Assembly: GCF_035594765.1 (NCBI RefSeq)
Contig: NC_085842.1
Span: 33,828,782 to 33,892,781, forward strand
Source of the DNA: Anolis carolinensis
Taxonomy: Eukaryota
DNA: 64,000 nt
Direction of reading: 5' to 3'
Part shown: positions 51,091 through 63,862 of the stretch, piece by piece
Numbering within the stretch: the first letter of the stretch is position 1
Layout of the letters: each line of letters opens with the position of its first letter
Position numbers and translations under genes: made by a program
The notes under the pieces: model-generated
Database searches by the model: none
Told to the model about the DNA's origin: nothing
What the model saw: only the letters and a program-made list of their open reading frames with translations

Positions 51091-52322
51091 TCTCACCTCT
51101 GCAGGATAACCATTTGTTATCTTTGTACAAAAACTCTAGAGCTGTGCAGAGATAACTTTGGAGTGTCGTATGCCTTGTAACCAGCAGCCAAGATAAGGAT
51201 AAATTCACAAGTCTGAATAGGAAGAGTCTCTTTGGAAGATGGGTTCAGCAAGCATGTATTGCACAAAACAAGTTTAAATATGGTACCAAAGTACTATTTA
51301 GCAGGTTTACCAGTGGATTGGAATTTACTGATAGATTTTCTGCCGAAAATAAAACAGCTTGGGATTTTTAATCTTCGTGGTTTAATGGAAGAGTCAACCA
51401 CCTCTTTTCCTCCTCTTTCAATCAAGCTGCTAAAATCACAGAAAGTTTGTGGGCAAGAGATTAGATCGGTGTGAAAGAGATTGTGTACGATAGTTTCCGT
51501 TCCGTTTGTACTGAGAACAAACTTTTGGGCTGAGCACGCACCTTGATAGGGTAAATTTTGGAATTTGGGGAAATTGCAGTTTTGCATTATGCTTCCCATT
51601 GGCCATTTAGTTAGAGGTTTGTGGGGGTTGCAATGGAAGGGATGTGGCTGGAAGTGCCCTATGGTTAACTCCATATTTGCCTTTTCAATATGCTCTATCT
51701 GGATTGGAGTCAGGATCCTTACAGGATAGAAGTCCAGAGAACTCATAAGCCTAAAGTGTTAATATCTGTGACAAAGGATGATGTTTCTCAGGCTATCTGA
51801 TGTGAGAACCACAGGATTTTACTTTTCTAATATGGCAAAGACTCATGCAGAATTTCTGCCCATTCTCTGCAACTATTTTTTTCCCTGGAATCCTGGCTCA
51901 GTCCTGCTCACAAACTAGAAAATTAATACGGCCACTTTGAGTTACACTGATATAGGACTTAGAAAAGGTTGGGAAAGATAAATGGTTGGAAGAGGGGGAA
52001 AGGATCAGAATAGTAGTATGGTCAGCCCTCTACATTTTCAATTTTGACTTTTGCAGTTCTGATTATTCATGAATTCGATTTAAAATATCTGATTTAGGAA
52101 TGTCTAGGGTCTTCAGTGTGATTGTATGGTCATTTTGTCATGCTAGAGAACCTAGAAATTTTAAGGAAAATCTCTTTATCTTCTTCTTTTGTATTGTTGG
52201 AGGCTCTTCCATCTTACTCTTGATTTGTACTGGCATTGTGTTGTCGAAGGCTTTCATGGCTGGTATCACTGAGTTGCTGTGAGTTTTCCAGGCTGTATGG
52301 CCATGTTCCAGAAGCATTCTTT

Positions 52323-52362
52323 CCTGACATTTCGCCTGCATCTATGGCAGGCATCCTCAGAG
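52323..52362 (-). ncRNA. Hammerhead ribozyme core in Penelope remnant (stem III CG->TG)
   Basis: Reverse strand CTGAGGA-T-GCCTGC(catagat)GCAGGC-GAAA-TG-TC-agg. Confidence 0.6.
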
Positions 52363-52689
52363 ATTGTGAGGAATGTATTGACATTCCTTGGCTGAATACT
52401 ATTGTTTATTTAAAATCCCTGTATGTCCATTGAATCACTTGTCATAGAGCAACAGGCAACTTGAAGCTACTTATGCACACACAGTTCTCACTGATTTATT
52501 GGGTTTACTCTAATTCGGACTGATAATAGGATTCATATAGGTCAGTTACATACCAGCTTCCTGAATGTATGAAAGGTTTTGAGTAAATGAAATACTATAA
52601 GTCTAAAACATGTACTGTATCTGCCTGATCTAGTGGGCAGAGAGGGAAGACAGATAACTGGGAAGGATCATGTTTGGGAGGGAGAGGAT

Positions 52690-52880
52690 TAGCATGGCAG
52701 TACCAGATCTGGTCTGATCTTGGAAGCTAAGCCGGTTTGACTGTTGGTAGTATCTGGATGGGAGACCACTGATGGATACCAGATATCGTAGGCTATATTT
52801 CAGAAGAAGGAACTGGCAAAAACACCTCTGACTATTCCTTGCCCAAGAAAGCCCTATGAAATTAATGGGATCAGTATCCA
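52690..52880 (+). mobile_element. 5S rRNA-headed SINE
   Basis: gatct.gtctgatcttggaagctaagc...tggatgggagacc matches the 5S internal promoter region; other copies ~7785-7970(-), 22453-22558 and 42351-42550. Confidence 0.78.
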
Positions 52881-53488
52881 CTGAAAATGCACATAGTGCC
52901 TTATCACACACCTAGTGATTTCAGCTATATTCGTCATTATTTACTAATGGTTACTGCAGTTTACTTACAGTTTGCTCTCATAGGTTAACCTTAGCCTTGG
53001 ACCTGAAGAAGAAGAGAGGAACACCCTTAAACACCAGGTAAAGTGCCACTTCATCACCTGTCTGGCTGAGCTGTTTAAAGGCCCCTCCCTAAAGTGGATT
53101 TAAAATGGATTTAAACTGGATCGAAACTCTAGTGTGATGAAGCCCTTGAAGGCAAACTAATGTAATGAGAACAGCGGCTTCCCAAATTTTAAGTGTAGCA
53201 CTTCGTCAAATTTAGTAAACATGATGAAGTGACTGGCAGCTAGGAAATGTTTGGAAATCTGGGGCAATCTCTATGCTGGCTAGGGATGGTGGAAATGGAA
53301 AAATCGGTCAAGGAAATGTGAACTATATATTTTCTGTGACTTTCAGTCAACACGGTCGTCGTCCTCACCTTGACAGCTTGTCTTGAGAAGAGAGGTATTG
53401 TTTTGGCAACACTTCAGAAGAAATCCACATGCTGTATAATTAGAACGTTCAGATACAAAAGTAGATAAAGGGTGCTGTATGGTATTAG

Positions 53489-53724
53489 GACCGAAAGGTC
53501 GCAGGTTCAAATCCCGGGAGCAGAGTGAGGGCCCGATATTAGCTCCAGCTTCTGCCAACCTAGCAGTTCGAAAACATGCCAATGTGAGTAGATCAATAGG
53601 TACCGCACCGGTGGGAAGGTAATGGCGCTCCATGCAGTCATGCCGGCCACATGACCTTGGAGGTGTCTACGGACAATGCCGGCTTTTCGGCTTAGAAATG
53701 GAGATGAGCACCAACCCCCAGAGT
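53489..53724 (+). mobile_element. Truncated Sauria SINE
   Basis: Core sequence shared with other copies. Confidence 0.8.
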
Positions 53725-54366
53725 TTTTGACAATTTTTTCTTGCTTTAATAATTGTAATATGTAATTCTATTTTGATATTGATATTTGGAAGATTTTTTA
53801 AATGGTGTAGTTTTTAAGATTGTGAACCATTTTGATCCCAGTCTTAGGAGACAAACAGCCTATGATAAGCTAGATGTGCTAAAACACTCTCTTTTGCTCA
53901 TCTCCTACAGGTGCAGGGTCCTTGCCTTCTTTTACCTCTGGCTGAACTACAAAATGCACTCCCCCCCCCCCCCCATTTTTATAGTTGGGCCCTGGCACAT
54001 GTTAAAGATGGGTTGTTATGAAGTTGTGTGAGGGAATGTGGGATTCATATCAGGGTAGCTTCATCTTCAGGGTGCATCTTCAGAAATGCATTAATTTCTG
54101 GAATGTGTTCTCTGAATTATTGCTCTGCTAGTAATGATATCCAAACGCGAAAGGGCACTTCGTAAGCCAGAAATGTCTGGAAATACCTATCTTGATTCAG
54201 TTTGCTGACTTAAAAATAGGAATAATAATTACCAGAGTAATTGTCAGGAATCAGGAAAGTATTGCTTCTGGGCATAGGCTTAGACTCAGAGTATGAGAAT
54301 GCATTTGTACAGAGTAAGGTTGGATAGACTTCAGCCTTGTTGGATCATTGCATGTTTTAACTAATA

Positions 54367-54674
54367 CAGTAGAGTCTCACTTATCCAAGTTTCTGGATTA
54401 TCCAAGCCATTTTTGTAGTCAATGTTTTCAATATATCGTGATATTTTGGTGCTAAATTTGTAAATACAGTAATTACAACATAACATTACTGCGTATTCAA
54501 CTACTTTTTCTGTCAAATTTTTTGTAAAACATGATGTTTTGGTGCTTAATTTGTAAAATCATAACCTAATTTGATGTTTAATAGGCTTTTCCTTAATCCC
54601 TCCTTATTATCCAAGATATTCGCTTATCCAAGCTTCTGCCGGCCCGTTTAGCTTGGATAAGTGAGACTCTACTG
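54367..54674. mobile_element. Tc1/mariner MITE
   Basis: Perfect TIR cagtagagtctcacttatccaag, TA TSD. Confidence 0.9.
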
Positions 54675-54804
54675 TATCTACTAATCCACCAATAAGAGTC
54701 TGGTGTAAAAGATGCAGTGCTTGAAATTAAAGAATTCTGGGCTAAGGAATTTGTTTGAGTCAGAGATCCGAATGGAGACTTTTTTTGTAAACAAATACAC
54801 CTCA

Positions 54805-55042
54805 GGGTTGTTGTGCGTTTTCCGGCCTGTATGGCCATGTTCCAGAAGCATTCTCTCCTGATGTTCCAGCCACATCTATGGCAGGCATCCTCAGATTGTG
54901 AGGTATATACTTCACAACCTCTGAGGATGCCTGTCATAGATGTGGGTGAAACATCAGGAGAGAATGCTTCTGGGACATGGCCGTACAGCCCAGAAAATGC
55001 ACAACAACCCAGTGATTCTGGCCATGAGAGTCTTTGACAACA
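54805..55042. mobile_element. Short palindromic Penelope remnant with two hammerhead-derived cores in inverted orientation
   Basis: Inverted arms around ~54905; aaatacacctcag repeated on both flanks. Confidence 0.8.
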
Positions 55043-55760
55043 CATTAAATACACCTCAGTTTGTTTCCACAAGCTTTCTTGATTTCAGCTATATAGCCTA
55101 GGTTGGGAGTCAGGACTATTAGTTGCTGCAGCTATTGGAAAGCAACTGGCAGTCAGAAATCCTTCCTGATATATTGATAATCGCACACAGACACCGAGCA
55201 CAAATTCCAGATGTATTTCCTGCCCATTCCTGCTGTAAAGCACTAGTCTGAAGGAATGATTGCTCTTGGTTATTTCCAGAACTCCGGAAGACTTCTGGAA
55301 GCTGACGTATCAAAAAAGTAACATCCCCAAAAGCTCTGGTGGTTTCATAGGTGCACCATTGCCCTTTTGCCCTCTTGCCCAAGACTACAAATGATTAATC
55401 AAATCCCAGTCTGTTGCTCAGACACTTATTCCCCTTCTCCCAAAAAGAGAAGGGGAATATAGACCCTCCACATTTAAGGAGTGAGTGAAGTTCCTCTGGG
55501 TGTCCAAACAACCAGCAGGAATAGCAGCAGAAGCAACCGCTGCCGCAGCAGCCAAAGCCAAGGAATGCAGCTGAGCAAGACCGGTTAGGTTGGGGCAGGG
55601 CAGGGCAAGGCAATGTTCAGAGACAGGAGGGAGAAGGAGGGGAGGAGACTTGGCCTGCAGCTGCCTGGCCCAAGTATGTGTGGAAGAGCTGCACTCTGAC
55701 TCTTGGACTTTTCCAACCACAGCCATGTTCCGGTTCAGCTGAGCTCCAGCCCACTGCCCC

Positions 55761-55880
55761 ATGGGGAGCCCCACGCCTGGCGCACTCCTGCTCCCCACCG
55801 CTTTCTTGCTCGGCCTCTTGCCTGCTGCACCCAGGAGTCATCACCTGCCGCTCGCCCGCCTGCAGATCCTCACCAACATT
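55761..55880 (+). CDS. IL17RE: IL17RE-like coding exon 1 (signal peptide MGSPTPGALLLPTAFLLGLLPAAPRSHHLPLARLQILTNI)
   Basis: ATG, hydrophobic signal peptide, ATT|gtaagg phase-0 donor, GC-rich; IL17RE follows JAGN1 on the same strand in human; not in the ORF track (<60 aa). Confidence 0.72.
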
Positions 55881-57661
55881 GTAAGGAACTTTATGTGGGG
55901 CACAAATGTGGCAGTGTGAGGTTGCGGGTGGATGGAAGGAAACGGATGCCCTGTCACTGTGGTGCAGGGGAACATGCAAGCCTTCTTATTTGTGCTTGGG
56001 ATAGAGCAGGCATGGGCAAACTTTGGCCCTTCAGGTGTTTTGGACTTCAACTCCCACCATTCCTAACAGCAGGTAGGAGTTGAAGTCTAAAACACCTGGA
56101 GGGCCAGAGTTTGCTCATGCCAGGGATAGAGGGATGTGGTAAGGGAAGCCATGTATCATTGACACAGCCTGTTCCTTGCAGTTTTTGACAACTTTCAGAA
56201 TCCTTTATTCACCGTGGCCGCTGTCCATGCTGGATGAGGAGTTCTTGGAGTTATAGTCCAAAAAAAAAAAACTCTCCCAAATTCAGGTCAGCTGTGTTCT
56301 TTGAAGCAAAAACACCAAGGTATCTCTGTGTTTTCTGGAAACAATATATTATTGTGTCAGTTGCTCAGGTGGCCTCCTCTTGTTGAGGGCACTGCAGGAA
56401 TCTGTTTCCTTCCAATCAGACTTGAACATATTGTTTCATTTGTCTGTAAAATCAATCTATGAAAGATCCGGAGGTTCCACGTGGGAAAAGAGACAGCGTG
56501 CCTTGTTGCCCAATGAATTCACTCCATTAGGAAATTTGGCAACAATTTGGTTATTGTTTTGTTTATGCAGCCCATATGGCACCATCTGTGCATAAGCAAG
56601 GCAGATATCAGCACTTGGGAGGAGCCCCGTGTTTATAGCAGTATAAACAATCTTCATATTGGCAGGTCCAAAGTGAACCCTCTGAGAAATAAACATGCTC
56701 AATGACCATTGGATACTGACTGTCTTGTGCAGGGAAGTGGAACAAAACAAGACTGGAATGGGAGTGTTGGCATATCTGCTCCCTTTCTCTGAGTCTGATA
56801 GAATAACTACCTCTGAGAATATTCTCCACTGCAGCAGGCTATTCCTTTTTTGTTATCAAAGGCCCGCAGTTTGGCATTTCTGAATGGTAAACCATTTCTC
56901 TTCTTGAACGCAGAGGCCCATATCAGCTTGAGTCACATCTCGGTGATAACACGCCCAACCCACATGTATTTCAGTGATTTGTTATTACTCGAGGTGTTAC
57001 ACAATCAGAGCTGCGTCTCTCTGCCTCTCCGTCTATATACAGAGTAGGGGCAGAGGTCGCCCTCATGTACGTAGAGAAAACCACATTTGTGGGCTTGATG
57101 TATGTGTGGTGCCCGATCCACCCTTTGTGGAGACAGAACCAGAGCTGAAGCAGGCTTGTAGATTGCCACTTTCCATTGATAAAGATCACATGTAGGCAAC
57201 CATACCGAGAAGTGTTACACAACTTGACTTCCACCCACACACCTTCTTTTGTAAGCCACATGTAATGGATATATGATTTACCTGCAGGAGGGGTAATATT
57301 GTATGTGTGCCTATTTTGGTTAGCTTCTGTTATGTTCAGTGTGGTGTTTAGCTGAAATAAATTATTGTAGATGCTCAGGTGTGTACATATATATATATGT
57401 GTGTGTGTGTGTGTGTATCGTGTCAGGAGCAACCTGAGTTGCTTCTGGAGTGAGAGAATTGGCTGTCTGCAAGGACGTTGCCCAGGGGACACCCGGATGT
57501 TTTGATGTTTTACCATCCTTGTGGGAGGCTTCTCTCATGTCCCCGCATGGAGCTGGAGCTGATAGAGGGAGCTCATCCGTGCTCTCCCTGGGTGGGATTC
57601 GAACCTGGCAGCCTTCAGGTCAGCAACCCAACCTTCAAGTCACAAGGCTTTTATCCCCTAG

Positions 57662-57809
57662 NNNNNNNNNNNNNNNNNNNNNNNNNNNNNNNNNNNNNNN
57701 NNNNNNNNNNNNNNNNNNNNNNNNNNNNNNNNNNNNNNNNNNNNNNNNNNNNNNNNNNNNNNNNNNNNNNNNNNNNNNNNNNNNNNNNNNNNNNNNNNNN
57801 NNNNNNNNN
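57662..57809. other. Assembly gap (N run)
   Basis: Direct reading. Confidence 1.
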
Positions 57810-58806
57810 CCAATGCTTCCTCTTCATCCTGGAAAGAAGTGACGAGCCGAGTGCCACAAGCAGGGTTATGTCCTGGGCTCGATTCTGTTCAACATCTTTA
57901 TTAATGACTTAGATGAAGGGTTGGAAGGCACAATCATCAGGTTTGCAGACAACATCAAATTGGGAGGGATAGCCAATACTCCAGAAGACAGGAGCAGAAT
58001 TTAAACACAATCTTAACAGATTAGAGAGATGGGTCAAAACTAACAAAATGAAGTTCAACAGGAACAAATGCAAAGTACTCCACTTAGGCAGAAAAAAATG
58101 AAATGCAAAGGTGCAGAACAGGGGATGCAATACGTGTGAAAAAGATCTTGGAGTCTTCGTGGACAAAACGTTAAACATGAGCCAGCAATGTTTAAAAAAC
58201 AATGGGATTTTGGCCTGCATAAATAGGAGTCTAGTGTCTAGATCCTGGGAAGTCATGCTGCCCTTCTATTCTGCCTTGGTCAGATCAGCCCTGGAATCAC
58301 ACTGTATCCAGTTGTGGGCACTGCAATTGAAGGGAGATGTTGACAAGCTGGAATGTGTCCAGAGAAGAGTGGCTAAAATGATCAAGGGTCTGTAGAACAA
58401 GCCCTATGAGGAGTGGCTTGAAGAGCTGGGCAAGTTTAGCCTGCAGAAGAGAATACTGAGAGGAGATGTGATGAGGGCCATGTATAAAGTGGTGAGGGGA
58501 AGTCATAAGGAGGAGGGAGCAAGCTTGTTTTCTGGTGTCTTGGAGACTAGGATTCAGAATAATGGCTTCAAACTACAGAAAAGGAGATTCCACCTGAACA
58601 TTTGGAAGAACTTCCTCTCTGTGAGAGCTGTTCAGCAGTGGAATTATCTTCCCCTGACTGTGGTGGAGGCTCCTTCTTTGGAGGCATTTCAGCAGAGGCT
58701 GGATGGCCATCTGTCAGAGGTGCTTTGAATGCATTTTTCCAGCTTCTTGGCAGGGGGGTGGACTAGATGTCCCACAAGGTCTCTTCCAACTCTATGATTC
58801 TATGAT
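57810..58806 (+). mobile_element. CR1 LINE 3' fragment
   Basis: LFNIFINDL, EKDLGV, FHLNI.KNFL motifs; (ttctatga) tail; an older CR1 follows at ~59030-59630. Confidence 0.92.
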
Positions 58807-59637
58807 CTCATGAATAAATTGAAAGGTTTTGGGACACAAATTATGGATGTTTATATTAATCACAGATAAGCTGAGAGTTATTTCAAGGAGAGGGGAAAGC
58901 ACCAGTGATGACTTGGAGCTCAGTTGTCCCTGGCTGCCATTATTTTTCCATCCAGGCATTATAAAAGGCTACAAGCAGTGCCACAATGGAGAGAGTAGAG
59001 GGGGTTCATGCTTCTTTTAGGTTCTTCCAGGATGGATGCAGCAGCTAGAAAGGACAATGTGATTCTAGGCTGCATCGACAGCAGTATAGTGTCTTGTCCA
59101 AGGGAATTCATGGGATCTCTTCACATGCCGTTGCATTTTTCCAGCAGTTGCCTTGTGGTGCCCTGCACACCCTCCCTCCTTCCCCTATCAGGGTGTTGGT
59201 CAGACCTCATCTGGAATAACACTGTGTCCAGTTCTGGGCATTGCAATTTAAGAAGGATATTGACAAGCTGGTACATGTCCAGAAAAGGGTGAGGAAAATG
59301 ATCAAAGGTCTGAAAGCCAAGCCCTATGAGGAACAGCTGAGCTGGGAATGTTTACCTTGCAGAAAAGAAGGCCGACACGGGACATGATAGACATGATTAA
59401 ATATTTGAAAGGATGACACATTGAGGTTGAAGCAAGCTTGCTTTCTCCTGCTCTTAGAGACTTGAGCAACTGACTTAGATTGCAGAAAAAAAGATTCCAT
59501 GTAAACATTAGGATGAATTTTCTGACATCAAGAGTTGTTCGATAGTGGGATATGCTGCCTTGGATTATGGTGGAGTCTCCTTCTCTGGCGTGTTTTAAAA
59601 AAGCTTGGATGGCCATCTGTTGGAGGTGCTTTGTTTA

Positions 59638-59952
59638 CACTATGTAACAAAATTTGAAAAAAAATCTGTTTTTGGTTTGAAAGTGTTATTCCTGTTTAAT
59701 TGTGCGGAACTTATTTCAAAAGTAGTTATTAGTTGTTATACTCCAGAAACTTTATTTTTGTGACTGCCACAAACTCTGCTGACTTGGTTGAGACTCAGTG
59801 AGATATTCATTGAAAAACTATAGCAAAATGTGTTGCAGGATGTCCACAAAAACTAAGCTTTTGCAGTTTAATAACCTTTTCTATGTTTGTATGATAGCAC
59901 CAGTAAGGAAATGACATCTATAACCCAGGAACAAAAATAGTGTTACATAGTG
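59638..59952. mobile_element. Chapaev-like MITE
   Basis: TIR cactatgtaaca/tgttacatagtg; sister copy ~33818-34099. Confidence 0.65.
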
Positions 59953-60396
59953 TTTTATTTTCTTGCATTGCAGACTGGTAATTGAATCTTCATCTTGATG
60001 CTAGTGATAGGGCAATATTCTCTTCTGCACTTGAGGGAAGCTGCCAAACTTAATGGGTATGGGAAAGGTGAGGTGGCACACACAGTTTTATCAACTCTCC
60101 TTCTTATATTTACAACCTGAACCAGCTGCCTCACTCTGTATAATGGTAGGAACACTTAAGAAAAATGAAAACTTCACCATTCTTCTAAATACCTAGGTTT
60201 AGGAATGGAGGCGACCCTAATGTCTTACCATTTCCAATCTTTGGCATATTAGCAACACAAGGTTGAGTATCCATTATATGGATCCAAGGGTTCTTTGAAT
60301 TTGGGAGGGGTTTTTTTGGATTTCATCTATATTTCCATTTGCATACATAATGAGATATTTTGGAGATGTGACCTGTCAACATGTGACATTTATTTA

Positions 60397-60446
<50 letters not shown>

Positions 60447-61550
60447 TTACGCACATAGCCTGAAGGTTTGTGTATGAGACAAAAGCACTATTATCTCAGC
60501 CACCCATATAAACGATTTTGGAGCATTTTGGATTTCGCAATTCTGAACAAGAGATATTCACCTTATACGCATGGCCTGGAGGTAATTTTATGCAACGTTT
60601 TAAACGGTCGTGCTCATGAAAACAAAGTTTGTGTACACTGAACCAACAGAAAGCAAACCACCCATTGTGCATAGTTTTGGATTACAAAGCAGTTTGGATT
60701 TTGGAAATCTGGATAATTAATGCTCAGTCTTTAACACAAATTTCATCAGAAGCATGTAATGAAATCCTAGCTAGTCCAGATCTGCTCCAGCGCATTTCTT
60801 CTCATGTGTCTCCACAAGGCAGGCTGTGGTGCAGCCTGGTTAGCAGCCAGCTGCAACAAATCACTCTGAGGTCATGAGTTCGAGGCCAGCCCGTGCCTGC
60901 ATCTGTCTCTGTCGCTGTTCTATGTTATGGCATTGAATGCTTGCCTTATATGTGTGCAATGTGATCCACCCTGAGTCACCTTTGGGATGAGAAGGGCTGA
61001 ATATAAATACTGTAAATAAAATAATAATAAATAATAAGGTCCATTCCTGAACATGGAAGCAAGCATGAGTACTTATTGCATTGCTTGAACTCCATTAGTA
61101 TAGAGGGGTTGGGTGTAAAAGAAAAAAATATTTCTACAACTTTAATATTTGTTTAGAAGAGAAGATTTAATCAGTTCTTCTTTTGCTCAGTTGGTAAAAG
61201 TGTGCAAGTCCAGTCCTGTTTGTATCTAGCTACTGTAAGAGCACAGTCCTATCGGGCCAAGGGCCAACTAAGCCAACAAGAGACAAGCTGAAGCTGTGTC
61301 AAATCCAAACTTCTCTCAAGTTAGGGGTGTTCAGAACTACTTCTGGTTGGACTCACCTTTGTGACCTTGCGCCTATTTTCTTGGTGTAATAGAAATTTGG
61401 ATTTGACATAACTTGACTCCCTCTCCACCCCCGTCTTTGGGCTTTCTTTCGATAAAACTTTGTCAGGAGAATGCTCTGCCGGCAGATCTCTGATTTCAAA
61501 TGAGATTTCAGTCTGAAGAATAAGCTTTGGTTTGACCTGGAGCATTCTGA

Positions 61551-61670
61551 GGGCCCTTCCAGACAGCCTCTATAACCCAAGAGCTGATCCCAGGTTTTCT
61601 TCTTTAAACTTGATTATATGAGTCTGCACTGCCAGATAACCTGGGATATAGGGCCTGTCTGGAAGGGCCC
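61551..61670. mobile_element. PIF/Harbinger-like MITE
   Basis: TIR gggcccttccagacag, 3-bp tga flanks; related elements 9969-10107 and the gggtgcatctacactg family (e.g. 8707-8888, 23405-23680, 38983-39178). Confidence 0.7.
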
Positions 61671-62329
61671 TGAGTTAGGATTGAACTGTAACTCAGTGGT
61701 GTATTGCCTCTGAATACAGAGGCCCATAGAGCAGAGCTTCTTAAATTTTTCCACTCGTGACTCCTTTTGGTCTGGGAAATTTTTATGTGACCCCCCATGT
61801 ATATAGGTATATAAAACCGGTATGAAAATAAAACATTTACTGAGAATAAATCTGTATTAGCAGGCAAGCTAAACAGTCTGATTTTACTTTCTATGAAGTA
61901 CAACTGATGTCCACTATAAACATTGTATACCAGATTTGTGTAACTGTCTAAAACACTCACTAGGTGACATTCAGAAAACCTTTACTGTTACCAGATTTTC
62001 AAAACTGAGCTAAGGGGGTCCAGTTTGGTGGTGGGACCCACAGTTTAAGAAACTGTGCTCTAGTGGGCCACTATCTGAACCAGTGGCTGTCAATGCATCA
62101 TTGGAAGATGAACTATGACTTTGAAGGAACTTCCTTTATTACTTGCCTAATGTCGACTGTGGGAGAGACAGGAAAACATTTGTGGAATCTGTACATTTCC
62201 AGGGCACTGAGCTTGGTCGGTCGACCTGTTTACTTCAGGCAAATATGCTGCCCTGCGGCTGTAGAGTTAGGACAAGGAAAGTCCTCCCACTTTCCCCCAC
62301 TAATATTTTTTCCTCTCTTATTTTTACAG

Positions 62330-62345
62330 GATTGCAGATATTATG
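62330..62345 (+). CDS. IL17RE: IL17RE-like 16-nt microexon 2 (DCRYY+1 nt)
   Basis: Long pyrimidine tract + tttttacag acceptor, ATG|gtaagt donor; phase-0 start matches exon 1. Confidence 0.65.
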
Positions 62346-63103
62346 GTAAGTAGAAAAACGAACATCTCCATTTTATTACTCTGTGCTGGCTGTACAAGTA
62401 GCAAAATCAGTAGATACCTGGACTGTAGACAGGGAATTTTTGAAAAGTCTTGGATGTTGTTTGGAAGGGAGTTCAGTAGTGGTTTTGTGTTGCACAAAAT
62501 TCAACAGTAGTTCTGTATCAGTTATATCAGGACTTCTTAAACGTTTCCACTTGGGACTCCATTTAACCCAAATATTTTTACAGGACCCTGACTATATAAG
62601 TATATAAATATATATATATATAAAATAGGGATTAAAAACCCAAACATTTACTGATAATAAATCAGTATTTACAGGACTTGCTAAACAGGTTGATTTTCCT
62701 TTTTATGAATGACGGTTGAAGGATCGTCAACAAAGTTAACTGCAAAAACCACAAACTTGGTTTTACACAAACCAAGATTTGTGTAAAAGTTTAAAACATT
62801 CGGGTTACAGTCAGAAAACATTTACTGTTGGCAAATTTTGAGCAAAAGGAACCTTATTTGGGATCAAGATACACAGTTTAAGAAGTAGTGAAGTTTTTTT
62901 AAATCGTGTCAGAAGCAAATTGAGGCAAGTAGCTTCTGGTGTGAGAGAATCGGCTATCTACAGAGACGTTGCCCAAGAAATGCCTGGTGTTATTATCCTG
63001 CGGGAGGCTTCTCTCATGTCCCCGTATGGGAAGCTAGGGATGACAGACAGGAGCTCACCCCGTCTCGCATTCCAGAAACCTGTTCTTAATAAAAAGAAAT
63101 GTA

Positions 63104-63426
63104 CAGTAGAGTCTCACTTATCCAAGCTAAACGGGCCGGCAGAAGCTTGGATAAGCGAATATCTTGGATAATAAGGAGGGATTAAGGAAAAGCCTATTAA
63201 ACCTCATATTAGGTTATGATTTTACAAGTTAAGCACCAAAACATCATGTTTTACAACAAATTTGACAGAAAAAGTAGTTCAATACGCAGCAATGTTATGT
63301 TGTAATTACTGTATTTACGAATTTAGCACCAAAATATCACGATATATTGAAAACATTGACTACAAAAATGGCTTGGATTATCCAGAGGTTTGGATAAGTG
63401 AGGCTTGGATTAGTGAGACTCTACTG
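63104..63426. mobile_element. Tc1/mariner MITE
   Basis: Same TIR, TA TSD. Confidence 0.9.
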
Positions 63427-63862
63427 TATCATGAAGAATGCAGGACTGACTTCTCCACACTGCTAGCTCTGTGTGCAAACCCAATTACAATTACAATATT
63501 TTCTGGAAAAAAGTCCATGTAACCACACAACCTCATGACTCAGGACTTAGGAATCTTCTTGTTTTTTTCCCCTCTGGATTTCCTTGGCCGCTGTCCAGTT
63601 TTTGCTTAATTTTTCATGCATTTAAATGGACCTGCATGGGATTGTGCTGTGTATGAAGCGGCACGAAATGGCACTGTGCTGCAAAGTGACAAAACAAAAC
63701 CATCCTCTTGAAGGGAATACACACGCAGTTTCAGATCTGAGAGAGAAACAAACCTTATGCAATTAGAAATAGCTATTAGTTGTATGTAAAACAGTCAAAA
63801 AGCTCAAACCACAGAAAATATTTTATTGCCTGTTCTCATTCTTATGTTTTACTCTTTACATC

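Noticed and set aside
52690-52800. 5S rRNA gene
   Set aside because: Degenerate, 5'-incomplete and fused to a shared SINE body in several copies; it is a SINE head
55418-55798. 126-aa Ala-rich minus-strand ORF
   Set aside because: Antisense to the GC-rich IL17RE promoter and first exon; low complexity, no family
59974-60067. Plus-strand exon-like segment (ttgcag...GAAAG|gtgagg) in IL17RE intron 1
   Set aside because: Stops in all three frames soon after the acceptor; at most a cryptic or poison exon, no support
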